From positions 82,338,001 through 82,402,000 of the forward strand of contig OZ076409.1 of assembly GCA_964187785.1 (NCBI GenBank): 64,000 nt of DNA, read 5' to 3'. The notes beneath the pieces are model-generated. The model was not told the origin of the DNA. It did no database searches and worked only from the letters and a program-made list of their open reading frames with translations. The translations under genes and the position numbers were made by a program. Position 1 is the first letter of the stretch; every line of letters starts with the position of its first letter. Shown here in pieces: positions 1 to 13,817 of the stretch. Source of the stretch: Amphiscolops sp. MND2022. Lineage: Eukaryota.

Positions 1-10
1 TATTTATCAG

Positions 11-2375
11 AGTTGTATCCTGTGTTTTCTACAGGTCGGCATCTCTATCAGCACGGCTATGAACCAGAGATCGACAAGAAAATCCACGGGCACACGAACG
101 TGTACGAGAACGGAGTGGCCGAGTGTCTAGGGCACTGGCGAGTAATGACGCCCTCTAGCAGCCCAGAAGAGAACTTGAACGATTACATCACCATGAACAA
201 ATACTGTGGAATGCTTTCATTCGCCAAGGAATCCGAGTACAACACGTATCGGTTGGTGGACATGAAATAGAAATTTCCGTTCGAATGGGGATTTTTTAGT
301 TGAGCCCACGAAGGACGATGTTTATCGGGTGGTGTCAGAATTTTTGTACATTATTTTCTGTCCCAAAAAGTTGTAAATGTTATATTGATAAAAGAGTAGT
401 AATGGGTTGTCGGAAGTCGTTAAAAATTTAAAAAAATAAAAGTGTTGTTTTTTTCCATTGTGTAATACAAAGATGGAAAACAATTGAAAGTTCATGTGGA
501 TAGGGAAATGGAACAAGCCGGGAACAGCCCAAGTCGGCGCCATATCTAAGGCTCAAAAATAGCAAAAGGACTTCAAAGTGTCAAGTGTTCTTTTTCTAAA
601 GTACCCGAAAAACCCAAAAGTTGGACCGAAATGGCGCGCCAGGTCACTAGTATAGTCGCGTTTCACTTCATGAAGCGCCGACTAAAAACATCATTTTTGA
701 AAAATAGGCCAGTTTTTGAACTTCTTTGGATTTTAGAAAGTACGCTGATCTGAAGAGAAGTCGGAACAAATGTACCGGACGAAGAGACCAAACAATATTT
801 TACCCAAAAGGCTTGGCATTCGGTAAATGTTCCGGGGAAACAGAATGTTTCTATGACATTTTATCCAACAAAGAAGCTCACCAATGGCTGAGAGACAGGA
901 AGATCAAAGACGAACAGATATGCAAGGCACTAATTGAGAAATGGCACCAGTTCGCTCACCCAGTTTCGACCAGGTCTTCCGAGATGTTGTCACAGTACAA
1001 TCACACCAAACTGCATCCCCCGGAACCCTCCCCCAGGGCTCCTACTAAACTGAGACTGAGAGCTAAAGCAAAAATTAGCTCTTTCTGGGATTCCAACGTT
1101 AGTTTAGTCAGTGATAATTTGTTCTTTATAATTATTCTAAATAAAACATCCTAAGGCACTTAATCAGTTAGCTGATCTAACTTCAGGAGCTTGAAATGAA
1201 TCACAACAAAAGAATTGAACATCTCGGAAGCTACATGCAAAAAAGTTGCCAGGAACTAATTCTTGATACCGATGCCATATTTTATGAAACTTGCCCCCTT
1301 TTTTTTTAGAAAAAATGCTTTCCTTTCAAGGATTCTTCCAAGGATTTAATTTTGAAAAAAAGAACACTGAATTCCGATTGTAAAAAATTAAATGAACAAG
1401 CACATTCAATCATTTAAAAAAACCGGTAGTGTAAAGGCTCATAATACAAAATAATACGAAATAACACGAGATAATAAAGATAACTATTTAAAAGTGTAAA
1501 TGTGATATTGAAAACGGTAATCTTTCCAACATTTCATTCTATGCTCAGGTTGTTCAACTTCTTTTTTGATTTGAGAGTTGTAGAAATATTTCAATTTTGT
1601 TTTTATAGTCTCGTAGAAGTATTTGTTTTTTGATATTGATATTGATTTTGGTATGTTGTTCCACAGGGGAATTGCTCTTTTCATGAAGCAGTTCTGTAAA
1701 AAACTGGTCGTGGCATTTGCATCAAAAATTAGGGAGTCTGTTCGGTCATGAAATTTGATTTTGTCAGTGGATATTTTATTCACGCCATCGAAAGCTGGCT
1801 GGGTGTCTTTACTTGCAAGACCTTTCAAGGAAGGTATTAAATGCAAGAATATTGCAAGATACTTGCAAGGATTCCATTTTTTCTTAACCAAGGGCATCTC
1901 AAAACTAAGAACTAGCATCATCGTGGAAACGTTTTCTCGCTATTTTATGTTCTCGAACCCTCACACAAAAGGGTTTTAAAGGATTTAACGATGAAGAGGT
2001 GCATAATTTGAAACCTGTTTATTTCAGGAAGTGTTAAAGTTGTTGGACGGGCACCCCGAGTTTGAGGAACGAGTTCAGTACTTTTCAATTCCATCTTCAC
2101 ACAATCTATATTACAATGAAGTTAACAGACCAGGTAAGGTGAATTTCCAAATGAAGGTCCCTGACAGCTACAAGAGCTCCAAATGTGGCGATCAATTGGA
2201 CGATTTAGACGAAACATTGAACGAAAAACTACCTTCTTTAGAACCACCTGTTAGGTTACCCCCACTTTGTAAGAACGGCAGTATTGTGTCGAATACCGTT
2301 CATGAAGCAGACTGTGAGAGACCTCCCGGATGTAACGAAGACTACGCGAAACATGTGCATTTCTTGAATTGCTGA
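11..2375 (+). CDS. 3' exons of a host gene of unknown function (predicted exons 11-251, 737-1097, 2028-2375)
   Basis: Three ORF blocks join in frame through phase-compatible splice sites: tttatcAG|11; CG|GTTGGT at 252 to ttttAG|737 (phase 2); AAC|GTTAGT at 1098 to atttcAG|GAA at 2028 (phase 0); stop TGA at 2373-2375. Both introns contain transposon relics. No recognisable domain. Confidence 0.6.
512..688. mobile_element. Short non-autonomous Helentron-like element (HINE family A), intronic
   Basis: Begins AACAAGCCGGGAACAGCCCAAGTCGGCGCC and ends GCGCCGACTAAAAA; same ends as the copies at 13.3, 54.4 and 57.3 kb. Confidence 0.6.
1484..1921 (-). pseudogene. 3' remnant of a non-LTR retrotransposon (LINE) ORF2
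   Basis: Peptide SFLQNCFMKRAIPLWNNIPKSI...TIKTKLK matches the FFxRxxxLWNxLP-type C-terminal motif of CR1/L2/Jockey-group ORF2 proteins; no RT core is visible; lies in predicted intron 2 of the host gene. Confidence 0.55.
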
Positions 2376-3370
2376 GATTCACAGTATCTTCGAACAATAT
2401 TGTTTTTTAACACAAAGTTCAAGTTTCGATTGTTTTCTGTTGAATTTGTTTCATTTGAGCTGCTCACTTGTATGACAATTTTTGTCGAATACCGTTGCAT
2501 GGCTTTGAAGCTCTCGGCGACATTTCATAAACTGATGATAAAATATAATAAAAAGTGTGGTGCTTTCAATTTACCTTTGCTATTTCATTTATTGGGTGTT
2601 TTTTGTATTACCCGAGATATCGGTGAAATGTACTTTTCCAGCTTTCAGAAATTTCATCATTCCGCACAGTCAACATGATGTTTCGGTTCTCATTATCAAC
2701 CAAGTCAATGGTGCTTTCAACCAATTTGTAACGGAAAACAAACCAAGTCTTCAGTATAAAAACCACTTTCAAGATTTTTGCTATTTATCGTTATCACTTT
2801 ACAAGATTTACTTGGGTTTTGAATAAAATATTATACATTTTCTCTTTAGCTCCAGGATTTTTGTTTTTTAATCATTAAAAAATGAACTCTCACAAAATTT
2901 CAAAAGTCTATCAAATTACTTCCGGGAATGATTTCCGTAACGTTATATTTATATCAATCAGAATCTGGTTAAAATTATTATCAGACGCTGAACTAATAGT
3001 TTTGTCTCATCAATTTAAGGAGAAAGTTCCTTCTAGTTTTTTTAACTGGAATCATGGCTCTGGTCTCCTGTCAACCTATAAACGTTTGAAATAACAGCTC
3101 AAGGTTCGACCCCACATCCATCTGCTTTCCAGCCCCAAAATTTCGTATTAACCTCTCAGCAAGGGGGGAAGTGTTTTGACTTTCTACCAGCAGCTTGTCG
3201 TTTGAGGCTGAATTTATCGAAAAAAAAACTGTCTTACAATTTTTTCCGTTCTAAATCTGAGAATTTTCGTCTCTTAGGAAAACAAAGAGTAAAAACAAAA
3301 TCGTTTCACTTCCAGGAAGAATCTTGAGTTTCCGCTGACAACGATGACGTACACTTTGGCATCATACCAG

Positions 3371-3443
3371 TAGATAGTTAACGTATTCTGATATAGAGAG
3401 AAACATGATGTTTCTCTCTATATCAGAATACGTTAACTATCTA
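3371..3443. repeat. Perfect palindrome, 36-bp arms with 1-nt centre
   Basis: TAGATAGTTAACGTATTCTGATATAGAGAGAAACAT-G-ATGTTTCTCTCTATATCAGAATACGTTAACTATCTA. Confidence 0.95.
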
Positions 3444-6400
3444 ACTGAAGAGTTAACACTATCTAAATGATTTTACTTACCGCTATTTTGATTACGTAAA
3501 ATAGAAACTCAAATCGTTCTGCAATACCTCACGTTGTAACGACGAGCTATTTATGCAAAATTTTGTCGACACGCTCAAATATGTTATCAAGACGTTTTGT
3601 GGAACTCTGAATATAGAACGGAAAAATGCACGATCAACAACAAAAAAACAATTATGAAAAAGCAAGAAAAATAGACTTCGTGGTAGCAAGTCGCAAATAC
3701 ATATCGGAGAGAGAAAGGATTTTGTTTAAAGATTCAAACAATTCTTTACATTGCTTTCCCTGGTGGAAACAGCTTTGATTTATTACAAGTTTTTGTCCGT
3801 TACCACGCTAATTTTTTTATGATTTTATCAAGCTGCCTATAAGTCGCAACCTAACTTCGGTGGGACTTCCGAGCCGCGACGTTCCATTAGGAAGCAGATC
3901 TACTTTTGGAAGCAGATGAGACATGATCTATTTTACCGCAATTTCAATGCAGGTACTCACTTGAGAAACTTACGCGTGCAAAAAAAGTGATCGTGGCGGT
4001 GAAGTAATGGAAATGTTTTCAGTTTTATTTGAAATAAGCGAAGCTGCATTGTAATCCTACAAAAAGCTTTTTTTGATGCTCCTTGAATTTTCCATGTTTA
4101 GTAAAAAATTAGCCTGCATCTTTCCATACAGCATGTAAAAAGTTCAGGCAATCTAGACAAGGGTTAGGCGTTCAGTGTCTTCAACTCCTGGACTATTCTG
4201 ATTCCCTAACGTTTACCAGGTCGTTGTAGCGTCCTTTCTAAAGGTTGCTTTCCACGCTTTTTATATCAACTCAAAAAATTATGAATTTATACATACATAT
4301 ATATCAATAGTTCAGATAAAATCATGACGGAGGTAGTACCCAATTTTTTAACGTGCAGCAAGAGGCGTATATACTTCAGCTAGGATAATGCCTTGACAGG
4401 AGACCATTGTCTTGATAAAACTCTAAAAATCCGTTTTTATCAACTTCCTACAAAACACCGAGGTCCAAAAAAAATTAGATGAAACAATGGACGCTCTGGG
4501 TTGTTTCATCAGTAAGTTGGCAACGTGTTACAACCTATTCCAGAGACATGAAATGCTTCAATTACTAATTATCTTTTTATATCACTCAGGTGCACGGCGT
4601 CCTCTACTCACCTCTATGTCTATGAGAAGAAAGTTTATGATATTTTTTTAAATTGATATTGGGGAGTCCAACAAACGTCTTGACAATAGCGTCTTGTTTT
4701 ACCAAGCACGGGAAAGAAGATTTTGGACTAAGTTGAAGGCTCCGGAAAAAACGTTTAGAGCTTCGCCCTCGCCAAATTAGTTCTTCAGAGCCATGTTTGG
4801 AACTTCCTAAACAGAAATAGGTAAATTTGTTTGTTCGCAAGTAATTTAGCTGGTCAAATTGTTCTGTTTTTGTCCTGACAAGTCTGGTGGAACGTTTTTA
4901 CAGCATTCCCTTCAGCTGTACCCTCTTCAGGGTAATTTTGAATTTCAGAACTAAGATAACCGATAAAAGGCTCTTGTAAGAAACAAACATTTGGCTTGTT
5001 TTTCGCCCAAATGCCGGTCAAATTCATAACTGAAGCTTCTTTGGAAAACCTTTTATATGCGTTTTTAATGGTTGCCAGGTTTGTTATTATGATGGAACAG
5101 TAACATAGGAAACAGTTGCTCAGCTTTTGAGAAAAGATGATTTTTTTGAAATGTAAGATTTTGCAAATTCTTTTGCCGGTGGCTATATTAACACGAATAA
5201 CAACTCACCCCAAATTCTCTATTAGATTGTCGATAAGAAAGACTAATTTTTTTCCTATATTTTTTTGCGTTTCGTAATTGATTGCCAAAAAATCGCTGTC
5301 CTCATTTGAGGACGGAATCACTGTCGAGGTAATTGTAAAAATTGTAATTTTTTCCTCTATCTTTTCATGAATACGAAAAACCAATCTCTCAGTTACAGTT
5401 CCGTAAAAATTTGTTCTGCTCTAAGTTTGCATCATTAGTTTTTCAACGAATTGAGTATTATGAAGAGCATAAAAAATTTTTTTTTAATGGTTTTATGCAG
5501 ATTTATATTCTTCTTTGAAGCAGTGCCTACTGTAAAAAAGTGGCAAAATGCCTCGATAAAAAATTATTGCGTAGGTAATGCGAAAAATTTTCGAAAGTCA
5601 TAAAATCACAAAATTAATATGTGACAAAAGTCCTTCCGTGAATTTTTGGAAATATTGAAGTTTTTGGTAACAAAGTCATTAGTTACGCTCGAACGTCAAA
5701 ACTGTTTCTGCTTCGAAACAATATTAGTGCAAAACGTCATCCGGTGGTAAAGGGCCTCTTGTTCTCTAGGTGAAGGAATCTTTTTTTCATTAGTTGCCAT
5801 TATCTGTTAGCAGTTAAGACTTGAATCACATGTAATCTTTTTGTTTTCTTGATCTACACTCCAATTTTGTTGGAAACTAGATCTGAATTTTTTTTCGAAT
5901 GTTTTGAATACTTCGGTTCACTTTTTCGAAAGTTAGAACCAGTTCTTGTCTTGGGCCATCCATGCATTACTATCAAAGCTCATCATTTAATTTTAAACGA
6001 GACACATAAATTAGGAATCGCTGACGCTTCTGTTTTCGAAGCAAAAGAGAAAACTCTTCTCCTGTTCAAAACTATAGCTATCTGTTTTCATTTCATGCTG
6101 CTTGCTTATTTCTGATTGGTGCGTTCTCAGTACCAGGAAGTGATTGATATTTTATATAGGTAATTTTGAGCGTGCAAAAATGCATTCTCTTGAGAACTGG
6201 CACTCAAAATTATATCCCATTCAAAGCTTTTGCTGAGAAAAAGTTCTCCGTGTAATTGAAGTATATCAACTCTTCCATTATGTTGCATTCCTCATTAAAA
6301 CAGCCTTACATTGTTTTCCGTCTATGGAACTTTTGCAGTTCCCACTTTTTCCTCTATGATAATCACTAGTGCGTTGTGTGTGCAAATGGCTTCGGATAGA

Positions 6401-6857
6401 AAAAAGATATCCCCGAGGAATAATGTGGGTAATAAAAAGAAAGTCACCTCTAATTTATTTGGATGTAAGAACAACGTCACGAGTCACGTGTTATACCAAA
6501 AAGCAGTAACGAAGTGAAAGAGGTCAATCGAAATTGATATTCCTCAAAACCGTTAAAAATGTAAAATTTTTATTCTTCATGAGTAAAGTCTTTTTCGGGA
6601 AAATGATTGAGAGTTTATTTGATTTCGTAAAAAACTGCTATTTCAATGGGCCAAATGGGGTAAGAACAGTGGCAGTATTAATAGATTTTGCGGTGGTCAT
6701 CTCTTGGAAAAAAAATTGGTAATTTCTTTAAACCGAATTAAAACATTTGGGTAATCAAATGATTATGCTTCGTTGATAATCCCTGAATGATAGTGCCGCG
6801 AATTTTCGAATAAAAAGGAACCTGAACAGGAGTTTCATTCTGTCAAAGGAAAAAATT

Positions 6858-7272
6858 GGGCTCTTTTCTGTTTTCCCCCCCACCACCAAAATTTTTTTTG
6901 GAAAATTAGTGAAAATCGTATCACAAAAAGACTTGAATACAAACCAGAAAGCTTCGAATTTACATTCATTCTTAATGTGACAGTTTAGGATTATGATCCA
7001 AATTTTGTTCACACTTTTTCAATATGTAGTCACGCATTTTTGATAAAGAAATCAACAGCTTCCTGTTTTGAGTCATCAATAAACGTTTAATACGAACACA
7101 ATTATAGTCAAAAAGCGTGAACATTGTTTTGTTCTAGCAAAAAACTATTCCAATAGACGTTAACTTCCCATTATGAAAGAAGGTTTTACTTTTAATTAGG
7201 TTAGTCTAATGGTTTTAAGGAAATTTACTTCCAAAAATTTTGGTGGTGGGGGGGGGGAACAGAAAAGAGCCA
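6858..7272. mobile_element. Inverted-repeat (MITE-like) segment
   Basis: GGCTCTTTTCTGTT..CCCCCCACCACCAAAATTTTT..GGAA near 6859-6904 is the reverse complement of TTCCAAAAATTTTGGTGGTGGGGG..AACAGAAAAGAGCC near 7229-7271; true termini not resolved. Confidence 0.45.
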
Positions 7273-9304
7273 AAAATTGTAGTTGAAATTAGCTGAATTT
7301 TGCAAATTTTCTCGCACCTCATACAATTTTAACAAAAAATTCGTTCTTTTTACTTATACGTTAACACGTATGCATGAAAACATACAAGAACATACATGTA
7401 TAGTTTAAATTGAAAAAAATGAAATTCAACTAACTAAATTGAATGTTTAGCTTGTCACTTTTCCTTAATTTGACGTGCAATGATAAAAAAAAGAATACGA
7501 GATGTCAGTTCTGATGAGACAGTGCTAATATTTTGTGTCTTTTCTCCCAAGCAATTCAACCATATTTGGTCTGCCCAAATACAATATGACCTGCATATTG
7601 CTAAATTGGTTTCAATTTATTCCTTGATTAAATTCCGCCTATGCTCAATCATCCTTCAAAATATTTCCCGCTGAGGTATCTCTTATAGAGAGGCAGGAAA
7701 ATGAACGGTATCTGGGGCATATCTGGGAGGTATATCCAGATATCTGGACCTTCTCTCAAATGCGCAACTAGACCAAATCGTTCTGACCCGTATGTGATTT
7801 CTCTGAATTCACGACCAGAGGAAGTGAAGAGGAAAATTTCATTTCCATAGTTTGCAATATATGCTAGACGTGAATGGTTTCCCCGGCAATCGATTTGATC
7901 CTGAGGACTAAATTTGGAGGCAGTTGTTTACTCAGAAGGGGTAAAAATTCACCTGGGGCTAAAATTATTGATGAAGAGACAGATTATAATTCTTATCACT
8001 CGGCACTAGCCATTGCTTGAAAAGACTTTCTGTGATTGCGTTGATACATGGCGTTGGGTTCTAACGGGAGCGGTTTTTTCAACATTTAATAGTGAATCAC
8101 TCAAGGTCTTACAGAGTAAAATAAATAATTGATAATCAATCTTTGTGAAGTTTCAATTGTGATGAAAAGACTTTCTTGAAATTAATTCATTTTCTGCAGG
8201 CTAGACGTGACAAACATAAAAGTGTTTTTTTTTTCAGTGATCCTTCACTTTTATTTCCATTTACGGAAATGAAAAAGTTTATTTAGAGCGTTTCGCGTTA
8301 TCAAAATACAATGTGTCTTAACGAGCTAAAAGATATTTCCTGCATTGAGTCTCAACTAATTTGGATTAGGAGTGTAAAAAAGAAATTTATCTTCATCCTC
8401 GAGGTATTGTTAGTAATCGCAGTTATAATTTATTCAATCGCGTTCAGAAACATGAACTATTTTGAGCTGACAAAACTGTCTTATGGTTGTTGTTAGAAGT
8501 GTCGTGAATATGAAAATTCGTTGATCTTTCCTTTTAAAGAAGAGACGACACGAATTGGGTCTCGGGCCATCATCTTGTTTCGTGATTGGATGATGCTCTT
8601 GGTTCGGGTTTTTCTACATTGGTTGGCCCTCCTGAAACAAAACATGGCAATAACGCTATGAGCATGGCTTAACTGGTATCATTGAAGCATACTTTCATGA
8701 TAATTTAATTTTAAAGCCTAAAACCACCCAGTCTTCCCTAGCATCATCAACTTAGTCAATTACATCCAATAAACTTCTCCGAGTTGTTTCCTTTTCAAAA
8801 TGATCATTAAAAACCTAAGCGTAAATTTACCTTAACTAAAGTAAATTTACATTTAGTTGTATAATTTGATGGTTTTAATGGAAATTAGTCTAAGAAAATT
8901 CAACTTTGGCGCCTAAATGCTGTTAAAAATTTTCAGCATTGAGTTTGGCCTTGCAGCGTCTTCGAAAAAATACTAAGTATATTGAAAAACAGGTATACTA
9001 AGTATATTGCATGCATCAACAAAGCTTCCGGCTTGCAATAAATTGCCAGAACTTCCAACCTACAGACTTTAAAAGCAGTCATCTGAATGTCTAACATAAT
9101 TTCTACAGACAAAAAATTTCAACGCCTTCTAAGCAGTCAGTTAAATTTTCGTGAAAAAGCTTTGTTTCAGCTCATTCAGAGAAAACAGCAACTGCTTATC
9201 AATACTACTTGGAGTTCAACTGGGGTTTTTTGGTAGGCATCCTTGGGTTTTTTTTGCTGTGTGCGTTTTTAGCTCCGTTAGTTATTAGGGCTCAAAAGTA
9301 GGCT

Positions 9305-11665
9305 AGCCCTAGTTGAGACTGCAGGAATTTTTTACATGCTGCAGGCCTGCATGCAGGGTAATTGTTTATAAAACCTAGAAAATTCATGGTAATTCAGGTG
9401 GTAAATCTTGTAGAATTACACTGCATTTTCCACAACTGCAATTAAATTTGAAAATAGATACAACACCATCACCGACACGACCTTATTGTATTTACAATTT
9501 GCTTTCTCAACTACTCATCTGATGTGATCACCGCGTCTCAAATAGGACGCTAAACATGACGGTATATTGCAGTTTATTAGGTGACTGAAGTAATTTTGCA
9601 TTAAAATGGCTGTTAAACTGAGAGCAATTTATTTGCTTTTAAAATTAGAACTGCTTCTTAATGAAACCTGCAAAACTTCAAGGCGTAAAATTGCCGCCAA
9701 AACTTTGATGAATCTTTCAAGCAGCTTGATAAAAGTCGAATACAACAGGTAAATATTTTCTCATCAAAGTTTCCGTAAGAGTTTTAGAAAATCATAATAA
9801 AAGTTGCTGGCAACATTAAAGTACATGTAAAAAGTTCAAGAAGTTTCAACAAGGGAGCGGAAATAACGTTTAAGGAATAGCGTCTAAATCCAAAACGGGA
9901 ATAACGTCTAAAACCATATCATGCTCATTCACTGTCTTTATACCATAACTTTTAGATGCTATTCTCAAGCCGTTATTCGCGCCTCTACCAAACGTAACTG
10001 AGACATCACAAAATTTGCCCCGGATTTCCAAAAACTGTTTGACAATTTCAAGGTAACTTGGTTCGCAATTTCTTGAAACAAACATTCAGATTTCTATTTA
10101 GTCGGCTCTTTATGAAATAATACGCGACAATGATTGTGTTGTTTTTCATTTTCCTTTTGTTTTCATTCCGGTCGATGTTGCTCTCTCTTTGAGCCCTGTG
10201 GAGATCAATGGCTACTAAGAATCAAACGTTTATCGAATGTTCAAGAGAGGTGAAAAATGTAAAGCAAAATTGGCAACTTTTGACTTTTTGCAACATTTTT
10301 TAAAACTTCGAAATTGTTTTGAAAAGCATATTCACGCGTTATTTTGTCGCTGGCTTATATCCCTGGTTGGAACTGCTTGAACTTTTTACAAGTATTTGTA
10401 GCCTACCAAGCTAATTTTTCATGATTTTATAAAACTCTCAAGGAAACCTCCATGCATTGAAACTTCACTGGTGCAATTTAAATTTATCAAGCTGCCTATA
10501 AGATGCATCCTAAATTTGGCTGTAATTCTGAGCCGTGAAGTTTTGCAGGTTTCATGAAGACATCGTTCATCAATTTTACCGCGGTTTCAATGCAAATATT
10601 TTTCAGTCACATTATAAGTTTCAAAGTAGCGTCGTATTCAGTCTGCTATTTGACTAATGGTGTTTAAATATTGTTTTTGCTTGAGAAACTTACTCGTGAG
10701 AACAAAGTGATCGCGGTGGTGAAGAAGTGGAAATGTTTTCAGTTTTAACTTTAACTCAAATAGTGAAGTGGCATAGTAATCCTACAAAATGTTTCCATGC
10801 ATGGTCCTTGAATTTTCCATGTTTTATAAACAATGAGCCGGCATTTTTTGAAGGAGCCTGTAAAACATCGTGACAACGAGGGCTGTTGATTCAAAGAACA
10901 GTCAAAATTCGTCGATGTTCTGAAAAGTATGCGAACAATTTATAAATGCACCTACGATATCACTTTTTCGTTTCGCATAAATCATGAGAAAATACGGGCT
11001 GAAAACAACAAGCGTAACGTGTGCTTTTGATAGATAGATGAAAAGTCGCTTCCTCGCAAACAGCATGCTGTTTTTTGGGATGAATTATAGTGTTGTAATG
11101 CATTCTCGGTATTAAATAGGCATTCCAGAAGTGCAAATAGCTGTTTATTTTTGTTGAAACTGCTTGAACTTTTCAATTGTACTTTAATATTGCCAGCAAC
11201 TTTTTAAATGAATTTCTAAAACTCCTACAGAATCTTAGATGCGAAATTTTTACCGATGAATTCATTTTTCATCAAGCTGCTTGAAAGATTCGTCAAAAAT
11301 TTGGCAACAATTTTAAGCCTTGAAATTTTGTAAGCTGTTTAACAAACAGTTTTAATTTTGTGAGCAAAGAAGTTCCTCTCAGTTTTACCGCCCTTATTAA
11401 AAATTGCGTCATGTTTAGCGTGTTATTTGAGACGCGGTGATCACATCACATGGGTAGTTGAGAAAAGTGTGCAAGTAAAGTGATAGTGTCGGTATTGAAG
11501 TGCGGTTTATTTTTAAACGTTATTGTAATAGTGAGAACAACAGTGAAATACTACAAGCCTTACAACCGGAATTTTACCGAACTTTCTAGGTTTTATAACA
11601 AATTACCCTGCACGCAGGCCTGCAGCATTTAAAAAGCTCCATGATCAACTAGTCTCAACTAGAGT
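9305..11665. repeat. Two inverted copies (~9305-9845 and ~11160-11665) of a ~500-bp dispersed repeat (family B); further degenerate copies near 3780-4160, 10370-10870 and 27050-27540
   Basis: CTAGTTGAGACT...GCTGCAGGCCTGCATGCAGGGTAATTGTTTATAAAACCTAGAAA and TGTGATCACCGCGTCTCAAATA occur on the + strand at 9.3-9.55 kb and as reverse complements at 11.42-11.66 kb. Confidence 0.7.
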
Positions 11666-13300
11666 AACTCCTGTCTAAGAAAATGTTTTCTGGTTGAACT
11701 TGCTGAGAAGTTTTGTGCTGCTCTTCTGCAGTCAAAGGTGAATTTTATACAGAAGACTCCTTGCTCGAAAACCATTTTAGGATTATAACGCAGACTCAAC
11801 TATTCCTATTAAAACCGAAAATATTTCCGCTTCTCCATCGTGTCGGTCCCTTTGTTTTCACACGTAAGTTTCTGAAACATTCTAGTTATGTAATCATCGC
11901 TAGACAGGTTGCACGTTGGCAATGACGCTACTGTGAAATCTGCAGTGATTGAAATTGATTTGCAACAGAAATGATATAAAAGTAAAAAGGTCCTAGTTGC
12001 AATGAAAAGTTGAACAGTTGCAGAATAAACTTGTAAAACATTGAAGCGCCGACTTGCTGCCAGTTCTATGATGCATCTTTTAGGCAGCTTGATAAAATTA
12101 AGTTAAAACAGTGACAAATGACAAATTAATGCTTGGTTTCCGCAAGAAGTATTGATAAATTTGCTTCACAGCCTACAAACGTTCGTAAAATTTTCAACCA
12201 GCAGGGTTACTCTTTGATTTAGCTGTTGGATCAAAAACCAAATTCCAATACTGATATCTAAAATAAATAACAGACTGACCAGATGAAGTAAATGGTGTTT
12301 TTGTGTCGTCAGAAAAAGACAGTTTTTTTCTCGATTCCATTTCGTACAAATTTGATCGAAGTCTCCGCACTGACAATTTTTCATCTTTTTTTGACTTTTT
12401 AGGCTCTTTTTCCCAACTTCTTCTTTCCATAGGCTCTTTTAATTATCTGATGTTTTCAGTTAGGAAAAAAATTTCTGGCGAATGAAATTGTCTCATGGAA
12501 CTTTTTCCGACATTTCGGACTACTTGAAAAAACTAATGAGCATTCTTGGATAATTTCCTGCCCTCCGCGGGACTGTGACTTGAGACTGGACATGCTTTGC
12601 CTAGTTTTGAAATATCAATACCTGGTTTCCACAAAACTATGCGCACTCATATCCGAGGAAAGAGTCCTAGTCATGTCGGGATCAACATAGACTTTCTTGA
12701 AATGTTACGGTTTACTAGAATCAGATGGATCCCATGAGAAATCGCATGGAAAACTACAAATAGTACGTTAGACCGAGACATGAGCAGATAAAAAAGGAAA
12801 GTTATCGGACACGGTCTTCAGCTGCCAACAGAGTAAGCTGAATAAGATCAAACTCACTGGAATAACGTCTTAGAGGATCATTATAATCGCTAAAATAGAG
12901 GGGCCTGGAGTACAGAATAGATCGATCTAATCTCTAATGAGACGAAATAAGATAACGATGAACAACGATTTAAAAGAGAGTCATTGTATGTACTGTAATG
13001 TGGTATATTGTATTTACGTTCGACCCGTATTGGAACACCACAGCAAAGCACCGGTGACTACCGATGGAGACCAATTCGAGAAAAACTTCTGTTTCCAACA
13101 GTGATCCATGGAGGACACCTGTGGATACATGTTTGAAAAATTTTGAGAGACAACCCGATTACCAAAATCACTTGACTCTGACATGGTTGACAGCGTGAAT
13201 TTTGCTTGTTATCGTTTTTCAGAAGCATGCTTTGAAATAGCATGTTTATAAGTGTTTTCAGTTCGAAGAGTGAGATTCTATTCTTGTTGCGCTTTGGTTT

Positions 13301-13775
13301 TTAGTCGGCGCTTTTCTTGAGAAAAGAGTTGACTATAGTCAGGGCTTCTCGTCAGTGTTTTTTTTCGATACACCAGAAGTGACCAAAGTAGTTCTACCAA
13401 AAGTTCTACAAAATCTAAAATCTTATGGTGTCAAATTGAACCATTTGGCCTAGCGAACTGAACCGAAAACGTTTTTCCTTTTTTCCGCGTAACATGCATT
13501 ACCGGGCGAGACTACAGGGTCCCCCTTACAGTTTTTTTGGCATTGTGACTTTTTTTCGAAAAAAAAAAGAGATTTCCCCAAAGTGTCCCCCTTCAATATT
13601 TTGGGGTTTTGCGACATAATGGATGAAAAATCTCAAAGTGTCCCCTGGCGCGCCAATTCGGTCCAACTTTTAGGGTTTTCTGGCACTGTAGAAGGGAATA
13701 CTTTGACACTTAATGTGCTTTTGTTATTTTTGAGCCTTAGACATGGCGCCGACTTGGGCCGGTCCCGGCTTGTTT
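13301..13775. mobile_element. HINE family A copy
   Basis: T-rich flank, TAGTCGGCGC subterminal repeat with a local inverted partner; far end GGCGCCGACTTG-GGCCGGTCCCGGC-TTGTTT. Confidence 0.65.
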
Positions 13776-13817
13776 TTAATCTTCGCGGCATTTGTGACAT
13801 GTAGCTTAAAACACATT

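Noticed and set aside
12702..13060. TGTTACG-starting segment resembling an LTR start
   Set aside because: No matching LTR end, TSD or ORF homology found; the nearby CGTAACA at ~13490 belongs to the Helentron-like repeat.
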